Source of the DNA: Promethearchaeota archaeon
GTDB lineage: Archaea; Asgardarchaeota; Lokiarchaeia; Sigyniarchaeales; SOKP01
Direction: 5' to 3'
DNA length: 23,383 nt
Assembly (NCBI GenBank): GCA_016926735.1
Contig: JAFGOA010000008.1
Location: 1-23,383, forward strand
How positions within the stretch are numbered: the stretch's first letter is position 1; every line of letters begins with the position of its first letter. This document shows positions 1 through 7,223 of the stretch, in pieces. Position numbers and translations under genes: made by a program. Below the pieces are notes generated by a model. That model was not told the DNA's origin. It searched no databases and saw only the letters and a list, made by a program, of their open reading frames with translations.

Positions 1-71
1 AAAATAAAAAGATTAAGCATCAAAGCGTTACCGATGAGTACAAACAAACAATAATACCGCCGCCTTACCAA
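1..71 (-). CDS. Possible N-terminus of the next gene (signal-peptide-like), running off the window edge
   Basis: Minus strand has GGAG (80-77), a 5-nt spacer, then TTG at 71. The frame is open to the edge: MVRRRYYCLFVLIGNALMLNLFI (basic then hydrophobic). Too short to verify. Confidence 0.35.
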   Translation of the reverse strand, partial: MVRRRYYCLFVLIGNALMLNLFI

Positions 72-83
72 AATTACTCCTAA

Positions 84-214
84 GAGGCTGTATTAAAAAG
101 GTAATTTTTGACATAAGATAAGGAAAAGTGAATTCGCAACTAATTATTTATCAATAGATTAATGGAGTCCCGTTTTCACGGGAATGACATTGTTATTAAT
201 TTTTAGACTGCATC
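84..214. mobile_element. ~131-bp MITE-like element 1 with degenerate terminal inverted repeats and an internal REP-like hairpin
   Basis: Left end GAGGCTGTATTAAAA (84-98) matches the reverse complement of the right end, GATGCAGTCTAAAAA (200-214), at 11/15. Contains TGGAGTCCCGTTTTCACGGGAATGACA (163-189). Same size and layout as element 2. Confidence 0.5.
163..189. repeat. REP/dRS3-like palindrome
   Basis: AGTCCC-N8-GGGAAT (166-185) followed by GACA. One mismatch to the Neisseria dRS3 pattern ATTCCC-N8-GGGAAT. Stem TCCCGT/ACGGGA. Confidence 0.75.
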
Positions 215-333
215 GAACTAACATCATACACTAACATTAACTGCAATCTTATCACACACCTACTGCCTGATTAATGCCGCAAGGCATGGATTACCATCGG
301 GATAAAATCGAAATCCTCAAAACAATAAATTAA

Positions 334-467
334 TAGAATGCTTTGAAAAACTAGCAAATTTGATATTTCTATTTTTATTAAAATCTGTAAGTCTATGAAA
401 ACAAATGGATTCCCAATCAAGTTGGGAATGACACTTTGCCAATTCTGAGGTTTTTCAAAGGATTCTA
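334..467. mobile_element. ~134-bp MITE-like element 2 with 18-bp terminal inverted repeats and an internal REP-like hairpin
   Basis: TAGAATGCTTTGAAAAAC (334-351) versus GTTTTTCAAAGGATTCTA (450-467): 17/18 inverted match, with TA at both outer ends. Internal hairpin at 406-433. Confidence 0.7.
406..433. repeat. REP/dRS3-like palindrome
   Basis: TGG-ATTCCCAA-TCAAG-TTGGGAAT-GACA: 8-bp perfect stem, same orientation and same flanks as 163-189. Confidence 0.8.
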
Positions 468-484
468 ATACTTATCAGAGTGTA

Positions 485-1072
485 TCAAGTAATCTCTTTA
501 ACAATACCATCAACTAATTGATATTTTTTCTTAGATTTTTCACAAACAGCAATATTATTTTCATCAAAATTCAATCGTTTTCCTGCTTCACTTACCCAGC
601 CAACCTGCCGTGCGGGGACGCCAACAATTAGAGCATAATCGGGTACATCTTTTGTTACAACAGCACCTGCACCGATTAAACAATGCTTTCCGAGTGTTAC
701 TCCACATACAATTGTTGCATTTGCACCAATAGATGCACCTTCTTTTACCAGAGTTTTGACATAAAAATCTGCTCCTACTTGCGGATACTTACATTTAGGG
801 TCTAATATATTTGTAAATACCATTGAAGGACCGCAAAAAACATAATCCTCTAATGTAACACCCTCGTAAATCGAAACATTATTTTGGACTTTACAATAAT
901 CACCGATTGATACATTGTTCCCGACATTGACATTCTGACCGAAAACACACTTCTTACCGATTTTAGCACCACTTTGTATATGAGAGAAATGCCAGATTTT
1001 TGTCCCCTCGCCTATTGTAACACCTTCGTCAACAACAGCATATTCATTTATGTAATAATTTTTTGCTTCCAT
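485..1072 (-). CDS. wbpD: UDP-2-acetamido-3-amino-2,3-dideoxy-glucuronate N-acetyltransferase (hexapeptide-repeat, WbpD/WlbB-like)
   Basis: 195 aa with IGEGTKIWHFSHI, GQNV, KVQNNVSIYEGVTLED, FCGPSMVFTN, GASIGANATIVCG. Directly downstream of a wbpB-like gene; GGGAG RBS. Confidence 0.88.
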   Translation of the reverse strand: MEAKNYYINEYAVVDEGVTIGEGTKIWHFSHIQSGAKIGKKCVFGQNVNVGNNVSIGDYCKVQNNVSIYEGVTLEDYVFCGPSMVFTNILDPKCKYPQVGADFYVKTLVKEGASIGANATIVCGVTLGKHCLIGAGAVVTKDVPDYALIVGVPARQVGWVSEAGKRLNFDENNIAVCEKSKKKYQLVDGIVKEIT

Positions 1073-1100
1073 TTTTTCTCCCTATAGGTAATAAATTATT

Positions 1101-2054
1101 TTATTTTTTAATTAAATTTTTATGCAATTTACCTTTATACGGTTTTTCAATTATTTTCGCATTTCTGATTTGATAGACCAATTCAATCGAAGGACGCACC
1201 TGTTGAATTCCAAATTCGTTACTTCCATTCAAAATATTTTCATATACTTTTGTATGCAAATCTGTAAAACCATCACTGAATTGAATCTCCTCTCCATCTA
1301 TGGTTATTAAACGATAAGTCGGCTTGCCACTTTCTTTGACTGAGGCAGGTAAATCTGCCGCTTCGAGAGATAGATACCAACTAACTTCTGCATTTTCCAA
1401 TTCAATAAACCCGGACATCTTGTTTGGCTCGGATAAATAAAGTTCTGAATAAATAGGTTTGCCAAACAACCAAATTAACATATCAAAAAAATGGACGCCT
1501 ATATTAGTAGCAACGCCACCGGATTTTTGTATATCTCCCTTCCAAGAATAGTTATACCAAAGCCCCCGGGAAGTAATGTATGTAAGTTCAATTTGTTTCT
1601 TTTTGTTTTTATTTATTTGCAAGTTATTTTTTAATTGAATTAAAGAATCGTGAACCCTTAACTGAAGAATTGTATGTACTTTTTTTCCAAATTCTTCTTC
1701 TAATTTTTCAAGATTATCCAAATTCCACGGATTTAATACTAAGGGCTTTTCGCATATAGCATCTGCCCCGACTCGTAGGGCTAATCTTATATGTGCATCA
1801 TGTAAAAAGTTCGGCGAACAGATAGACAAATATTCTACTGCATTGCCATCAGTTCTTCTGCGAAGCATTTCGAGGTGCCTGTCAAACCTTTCAAACTGAG
1901 TAAAGAAAGCGGCATTTGGAAAATATCTGTCAATTATTCCGACTGAATCATTAGGGTCGCAGGTAGCAATTAAATTATTATTCGTATCTTTAATCGCTTG
2001 CAAATGTCTCGGTGCAATATAACCACCAAGACCTGTAAGTGCAAAGTTTTTCAT
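1101..2054 (-). CDS. wbpB: UDP-GlcNAcA 3-dehydrogenase (Gfo/Idh/MocA family, WbpB/WlbA-like)
   Basis: 317 aa with MKNFALTGLGGYIAPRHL, SICSPNFLH, ICEKPLVLNPWN, SWKGD..KSGGVATNIGVHFFDML, FSDGFTDLH. Confidence 0.9.
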   Translation of the reverse strand: MKNFALTGLGGYIAPRHLQAIKDTNNNLIATCDPNDSVGIIDRYFPNAAFFTQFERFDRHLEMLRRRTDGNAVEYLSICSPNFLHDAHIRLALRVGADAICEKPLVLNPWNLDNLEKLEEEFGKKVHTILQLRVHDSLIQLKNNLQINKNKKKQIELTYITSRGLWYNYSWKGDIQKSGGVATNIGVHFFDMLIWLFGKPIYSELYLSEPNKMSGFIELENAEVSWYLSLEAADLPASVKESGKPTYRLITIDGEEIQFSDGFTDLHTKVYENILNGSNEFGIQQVRPSIELVYQIRNAKIIEKPYKGKLHKNLIKK

Positions 2055-2086
2055 TTATTTATATCCAATTAAATTTATTAAATTAT

Positions 2087-2236
2087 TTATCCGCTAATCA
2101 TTCGCGTACATTCGCGGTGAAAGTATTATCCGCTAATTTTCGCTAATCATTCGCGGCTATTCGCGGTGAAATTATTATCCGCCAATTATTCGCGTACATT
2201 CGCGGTCAAATTATTTATTCGCAGCTATTCGCGGTT
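2087..2236. repeat. Tandem array of modular ~39-bp units downstream of the GxxExxY gene
   Basis: Units start with TTATCCGC at 2087 (39 bp), 2126 (49 bp, one extra 10-bp module) and 2175 (39 bp). A partial unit at 2214-2236 overlaps the last codons and stop of the GxxExxY gene. Confidence 0.95.
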
Positions 2237-2613
2237 CTCGTATTTGCATAACGTTTATATTGTAACTTTTCTCCCCCAAAATTTACTAATAGACCTAAAG
2301 GTTTTTTTGTGCCTTTAAGATAATTGAGTATCTGTGCTTCGTCAGCCGGTGAAAGTGCTTCCATTGCTTTAATCTCAACTATTATATTACTGAAGCATAA
2401 AAAATCCGGGTAATATTTTTTCTTCAACTCAATATCCTTATAAAATACATTCATCTCAGAGAACTGAACAAAAGGTATATTTTGTTTTGTGAATTCTATT
2501 GATAATGCTTCTTGATATACTGCCTCTAAAAAACCATGCCCCAATTCATTATGCACTTCAAAACAACAACCGATTATTTTATATGCCTCTTCTTTAAATA
2601 TTAAATCTGACAT
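2215..2613 (-). CDS. GxxExxY protein (PD-(D/E)xK nuclease-like fold, function unknown)
   Basis: 132 aa with VHNELGHGFLEAVYQEAL (GxxExxY), YPDFLC..IIVEIKA, AQILNYLK...GLLVNFG. AAGGAG RBS at 2623-2618. Confidence 0.92.
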   Translation of the reverse strand: MSDLIFKEEAYKIIGCCFEVHNELGHGFLEAVYQEALSIEFTKQNIPFVQFSEMNVFYKDIELKKKYYPDFLCFSNIIVEIKAMEALSPADEAQILNYLKGTKKPLGLLVNFGGEKLQYKRYANTRTANSCE

Positions 2614-2622
2614 ATTACTCCT

Positions 2623-2847
2623 TAATCATGCGGGGTAAAAGTATTATCCGCTAATTTTCGCTAATCATCCGCGGTGAAAGTATTATCCGCCAATTATTCG
2701 CGGCTATTCGCGGTGAAAGTATTATCCGCTAATCATTCGTGGCTATTCGCGGTGAAAGTATTATCCGCCAATTATTCGCTTACATTCGCGGTGAAAGTAT
2801 TATCCGCTAATCATTCGCGTGCATTCGCGGTGAAAGTATTATCCGCT
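2623..2847. repeat. Tandem array of five 39-bp units plus partials upstream of the GxxExxY gene
   Basis: Exact 39-bp period, with units at 2644, 2683, 2722, 2761, 2800 and a partial at 2839. Near-constant core TTCGCGGTGAAAGTATTATCCGC. Same orientation as the 2087-2236 array. Confidence 0.95.
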
Positions 2848-2857
2848 TAATAAAACT

Positions 2858-4084
2858 TTAGTTTATGCTATACAAAAAAGTAATATAAATAAAGTAAATT
2901 GAACCTATAGAAAATTGGTATGGCAGCCATAATCGTTCAACTATTTTTTCCTTTGTCTTATTCAATGTAATTAAATAACCAGTTGCTACTAACGGAAGCA
3001 TGTGCCGCTCAGAAGCGAGAACATTAATTGAAAAACCAATAATCATTGCTAAAAATAAAATTTTCAGAATTGGCAAAATATCATTTTTTGTCAGCAATAC
3101 GATTTTTATGGTTATTAAACCAAAAAAAACTAGTGTCGTTTTAATCAGAAGTGATAATAAAAAACTATAACTTTCAATATTATGAATAACTTTGAATGTA
3201 TAACCTGAAATTCCGCCAATAGTTGGATTATTTATCCAAAATGGAAATGCAAAAGCTGCCAAAGAAATACTAATAATAAATATTAATATTAGTGAATAAA
3301 TTGAAAGTTCACTAAACCTATACAATACAAATGGAAATAATGTAACACCCATGACAACAAGAACTGAAGTCAAACATTCGATATTAAAACCTATTGAGTG
3401 AAATTGATATAATGGATGAGAGAAACCACCCCACAAATAAAATAAAACACCACACGGAACTAAACATAAAAAGATAAATAAATGCTCTTTTAAAAACTTA
3501 AAATATTCCTTTAATTTATACAGGTTATAAAATTCATAAACAAAATAAAATAATAATATTATCAAATAAAATTGCTGAGATAAGATAGATAGAGAAATAG
3601 AACAGCTGGCAAATATTTTATTTTTTATACCATCTTTTTTTACAAAATAGATAAAAAGGAAATAAAATAACAATCCATATATTGCCATAAAAAATGCGAA
3701 AGAAGGTTTTAAATAATATGGATAAAAAAATAGTATCAACAAAGGAATAATGGGTTTAGGGAATTTATCTTTTACTAATAGATAAAAAACAAAAATTGTA
3801 AGCAATGATACAATAATGTTTATCAAGCGGACACTGACCAATGTCGGCTCTACATTGATTGCTTTATGAACTAACGATACAAAGATATAAGGTAATGGTG
3901 TATTTGCTGATTGATATTCAGTACTAAATATAGAATTTATAATTGAACCATTATAAAAAAGTTGTGTGGTAGGTAAGTGAAATTTTAATTCATCATAATG
4001 AGGGTTGGTATATTTTATTGAAATAAAACCAAGCAGAATAAACAAGAATATAAATATTATAAATAAAGATTTTTGATTTCCCAC
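2858..4084 (-). CDS. Polytopic membrane protein, putative GT-C glycosyltransferase (ALG10/DIE2- or ArnT-like)
   Basis: 408 aa, GTG start, many hydrophobic segments. PHYDELKFHLP after TM1, then TPLPY, VRLIN, and C-terminal SERHMLP. Confidence 0.6.
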   Translation of the reverse strand: MGNQKSLFIIFIFLFILLGFISIKYTNPHYDELKFHLPTTQLFYNGSIINSIFSTEYQSANTPLPYIFVSLVHKAINVEPTLVSVRLINIIVSLLTIFVFYLLVKDKFPKPIIPLLILFFYPYYLKPSFAFFMAIYGLLFYFLFIYFVKKDGIKNKIFASCSISLSILSQQFYLIILLFYFVYEFYNLYKLKEYFKFLKEHLFIFLCLVPCGVLFYLWGGFSHPLYQFHSIGFNIECLTSVLVVMGVTLFPFVLYRFSELSIYSLILIFIISISLAAFAFPFWINNPTIGGISGYTFKVIHNIESYSFLLSLLIKTTLVFFGLITIKIVLLTKNDILPILKILFLAMIIGFSINVLASERHMLPLVATGYLITLNKTKEKIVERLWLPYQFSIGSIYFIYITFLYSIN

Positions 4085-4133
4085 AATTATAATTTAATTT
4101 ATAAGTAATTAATATAAAAAATAGGAATAAGTG

Positions 4134-4346
4134 CTAATTTCTAATTTTATTTAGTGAATATTTAATAACATTTTTAAATTTCTGTAACACTAATTCTTTC
4201 AGCCAAAGAAATTATGAATCATGCCATCTTTCGGGGTGGACAGTAAACATAATTTTGTTTGGAAGTCTTTCAATATTAGTTATTATCTTTTGCGTAGTTT
4301 TAAAATCAAAGTGAAATTTAGAACTTACTTTATCCTTAGTACTTCT
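4134..4346 (-). pseudogene. 3' remnant of a conserved polysaccharide-locus protein (probably deacetylase-like), 5'-truncated with an internal stop
   Basis: My translation: RSTKDKVSSKFHFDFKTTQKIITNIERLPNKIMFTVHPERWHDS*FLWLKELVLQKFKNVIKYSLNKIRN*. Internal TAA at 4214-4212; no plausible start for a full-length gene upstream. Resembles the ...DKV...LP.KIM...HP.RW.D...W.KELV.Q..KN C-terminus I recall from hypothetical proteins in such loci. Confidence 0.6.
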
Positions 4347-4386
4347 GAGCGATAGTGTTGAGTCTATAATTTATTATAATTAAAAG

Positions 4387-4445
4387 TATTTCTTCCGACA
4401 AGTCGGAATCAATATGACAAAATAAAGGTTTTTCAATGGTTTCTA
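4387..4445. mobile_element. Truncated third MITE-like copy (hairpin and right end only)
   Basis: Hairpin TTCCGAC-AA-GTCGGAA (4393-4408) followed by ATGACA (4414-4419). Then GTTTTTCAATGGTTTCTA (4428-4445), 16/18 identical to the element 2 right end (450-467). No convincing left end. Confidence 0.55.
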
Positions 4446-4450
4446 ATTAA

Positions 4451-5251
4451 TTACTTTTTTAAAAAAAATATCCTTGCCAATCTAAATCTGAAAGAATCAC
4501 TTAAACTTGGAGTAGAATTATATGTTGCGGAAGCCCCGTCATTTTTTATAAAATCTGTCGCACCACTTTCTAATTTATTTAATGCTTCCAGCATTGCAAT
4601 TGGTGCCAATTCGTAATTCTTTTTTACTATTGTGTTAAAATTATCTTTGGCCGTAACTCTAAATTTTTTTTGAGTTATAATATCACCAGCATCAAGTTCT
4701 TCTGTAACAAAATGAATAGAGACCCCCGTTTCCTTCTCACCTTTATACAAAACCCAAAATGGTGTTAAACGACCTCGATTTTTAGGTAAAAGTGCATTAT
4801 GACGATTTATAACCCCGATTTTCGGAATTGAAAGCAATTCACTTTTTAATATACTTTGGCTCTGGTTAATTATAACATCTATATCAAGCCTACCTATCTC
4901 TTCTAAAAAATTTTTATTATTCGGTGTTTTGATTATCCAGGTTTTTATACCATATTTTTTAGCAACTCCTATAATAGTTGGGTCTTTAAAAATAGAAGGT
5001 AATAACTTGTTAAATTTTTTTTTTATCTTATGAATAACTGTAATAAACGAATTTTTAAAAAAATGATAGAACCCCATTATCAATAAAAGCGACAAAATAT
5101 ATTGATATTTAGATTTATTCTTTTGTATAGTAAGTCTATTACCCTTAGCAACAGCAACACCAACAATATCCTTACTTCTTGATTCTATTATTTTTGAAAT
5201 GAATGATTTTGTTTGAACAGGATCATCCATAGAAATTAAAAAAATTTTCAT
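4451..5251 (-). CDS. Formyltransferase-family protein (probable sugar N-formyltransferase)
   Basis: 266 aa with INRHNALLPKNRG, ETGVSIHFV, LDAGDII (the N/H/D catalytic pattern of N10-formyl-THF transferases). ATGA overlap with the upstream deacetylase. Confidence 0.85.
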   Translation of the reverse strand: MKIFLISMDDPVQTKSFISKIIESRSKDIVGVAVAKGNRLTIQKNKSKYQYILSLLLIMGFYHFFKNSFITVIHKIKKKFNKLLPSIFKDPTIIGVAKKYGIKTWIIKTPNNKNFLEEIGRLDIDVIINQSQSILKSELLSIPKIGVINRHNALLPKNRGRLTPFWVLYKGEKETGVSIHFVTEELDAGDIITQKKFRVTAKDNFNTIVKKNYELAPIAMLEALNKLESGATDFIKNDGASATYNSTPSLSDSFRFRLARIFFLKK

Positions 5252-6165
5252 ATCAATCCAACTTCTTCACAATATTGCTTAACAGTTGCAAATCTATAAC
5301 CTCGCTTTTTAAAAAACTCAATCTCTTTTTTATATAACGGAATAGCTCCTTTACCCAAATTCTTTACTTTCAATTTAGAACGAACCCAATCTTTTAAGAA
5401 GTAGTTGAAAGGATTTTTTGTACGTTTATTTATTATTCTTATCTCGTCTGATTCATCAATAAATTCATTCGGGTGAATATCAAACACAACAGGTTTTTTA
5501 TTAATTTTATTTTCAAAATGTATGCCCAATCTCTGCAATACGGTAATCCAAGGAAATATTCTCATAGTCGTACCGACATAGGGGATAAACAAAGCTGACA
5601 ATGGGACTTCAATTAAATCACTTTTCCCCTTCTTAAAGATATTATTTATATCAACCTTATAAGGTAATCTGGGTGATGTAAGCCACTTAAGTTTATTTCT
5701 ACCTCCAAATGAAAGGAAAAAATCAAACCTCTGAGATGCTATAGAGCTGTCTATTTTATGTCCAGTTTCTATTAATGCTCTTGCTGTATGTTTATTTACC
5801 CTTAGTGCAGGTGCTCTAAAAGAAATTACTTCTTGTCCTGAAATATCCTCTAATAACTTTTTTGTATATTCTAAATGTTTTTTTTGTTTATCAAACGGTA
5901 TAACATCAAACCCATCTTTATGAACATGTGATTTCCCATGTGATGCAACTTCATGGCCATCTTGTACAACCATTCTAATTATTTCAGGAAACAATTTTGA
6001 AATATAACCCGTGAAATAAAAAGTAGTTTTAATATCATATTCTCTATATATATCCAACAGAATCGGCATACCTTCATTCAAAACTTTTAAACCTGTTTCA
6101 TCTCTAAGTGAGTTAAACCAGATTGAAGTAGTTTCAACATCGTTTGTGAATAATGAATATCTCAT
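5248..6165 (-). CDS. Polysaccharide deacetylase family protein (CE4/NodB-like)
   Basis: 305 aa with FTNDVE, TTFYFTG, GHEVASHGKSH, SFRAPA, DSS, DIHPNEF. Confidence 0.85.
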   Translation of the reverse strand: MRYSLFTNDVETTSIWFNSLRDETGLKVLNEGMPILLDIYREYDIKTTFYFTGYISKLFPEIIRMVVQDGHEVASHGKSHVHKDGFDVIPFDKQKKHLEYTKKLLEDISGQEVISFRAPALRVNKHTARALIETGHKIDSSIASQRFDFFLSFGGRNKLKWLTSPRLPYKVDINNIFKKGKSDLIEVPLSALFIPYVGTTMRIFPWITVLQRLGIHFENKINKKPVVFDIHPNEFIDESDEIRIINKRTKNPFNYFLKDWVRSKLKVKNLGKGAIPLYKKEIEFFKKRGYRFATVKQYCEEVGLI

Positions 6166-7223
6166 TAGCTAAAGATTCTAACTATTTCATTAAACATTCT
6201 TTTGGCTACATTTTGGCCAAATATTTGACAATATTTTTTTTTAGGTTGGAAATTTTCTATCAACACTGAAATGTCTAAGACTTCTTTAGGATTTAGTAAT
6301 AAATTCCACCCTGATTTAATAGTTTCAACCCATTCCGTTTCAGATCTTAATGTTATGCAAGGCTTTTTTAATAAATATGCTTCCTTCTGTATACCACCCG
6401 AATCAGTAATTATCTTTAAAGAATTCGCTTGTAAAATACAAAAATCAATATAGCCCACAGGATTTATAACTTTAATGTTTGAAGATAAACGAACATTATT
6501 ATTTTTAATGATAGTTTTCGTTCTTGGATGTATAGGAAAAATAACTGTTTTCGATAATTTCCCTAATCCTTTAAGTATCCGAATAATAATCTTTTCATCA
6601 TCAACATTATAAGGGCGGTGAAGAGTACATAAATAATAGTCATTTAAACTTAAATCAAGTGATTCTAAAATTTTGTTACTATCGGCAACATTAATTGCCA
6701 TTTCAAGAGAATCAACCATTATATCACCGGTAAAGATAGCCTTATCTTTTAATCCTTCTCTCCTTAAATTTTTCATAGCAGTAAGTGTTGGTGCAAATAA
6801 ATAATCTGAGACATGATCAGTTACTATTCTATTAGTCTCCTCAGGCATAAATTTATTAAAACTTCGTAGTCCTGCTTCGATATGTAAAATTCTCAATTTG
6901 ATTTTGGTAGCAGCTAAAGCGCCTGCCAATGTAGAATTTGTATCACCAAATACTATAACCAAATCAGGTTTTTCTAAATATAAAACTTCTTCTATAGCTT
7001 TTAACATTCGACCCGTTTGCTCCCCATGATGTCCTCCGCTAATTTCAAGATTATATTTAGGTTGTGGTATTCCTAGATCATTAAAAAAAAATTGAGACAT
7101 CTCTTCATCGAAATGTTGTCCAGTATGGACTATTACTTCATTGAACTTACTTGATATTTCTTTTGAAAGAGGAGCAAGTTTTACAAATTGTGGTCTAGCA
7201 CCGACTATTGAAAGAACTTTCAT
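6165..7223 (-). CDS. Non-hydrolysing UDP-N-acetylhexosamine 2-epimerase (WecB family, WbpI-like)
   Basis: 352 aa with IVGARPQFVK, HTGQHFD, GGHHGEQTGRML, GDTNSTLAGAL, HIEAGLRSFN..MPEETNR, TDSGGIQKEA, TLRSETEW. Confidence 0.88.
   Translation of the reverse strand: MKVLSIVGARPQFVKLAPLSKEISSKFNEVIVHTGQHFDEEMSQFFFNDLGIPQPKYNLEISGGHHGEQTGRMLKAIEEVLYLEKPDLVIVFGDTNSTLAGALAATKIKLRILHIEAGLRSFNKFMPEETNRIVTDHVSDYLFAPTLTAMKNLRREGLKDKAIFTGDIMVDSLEMAINVADSNKILESLDLSLNDYYLCTLHRPYNVDDEKIIIRILKGLGKLSKTVIFPIHPRTKTIIKNNNVRLSSNIKVINPVGYIDFCILQANSLKIITDSGGIQKEAYLLKKPCITLRSETEWVETIKSGWNLLLNPKEVLDISVLIENFQPKKKYCQIFGQNVAKRMFNEIVRIFS

Noticed and set aside
163-433. Hairpins as intrinsic terminators of the operon
   Set aside because: No U-tract directly follows the stems on the minus strand. 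The shared TGGA/GACA flanks fit a repeat family better, though pausing or RNA stabilisation is not excluded.
2087-2847. CRISPR array interpretation of the 39-bp repeats
   Set aside because: The variable parts are only ~16 nt and are recombined versions of each other rather than unique spacers. No cas genes are in the window.
2644-2847. TTATCCGC resembles DnaA boxes (TTATCCACA) and the lac operator; iteron or origin idea
   Set aside because: Always mismatched to the DnaA box, no rep or dnaA context, and short resemblances are expected by chance.
2674-2850. Plus-strand open frame through the array (GTG start, repeats like LSANHSRAFAVKV, 58 aa)
   Set aside because: A 39-bp period keeps any stop-free frame open. 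It is antisense to the operon, has no RBS, and is broken in unit 1.
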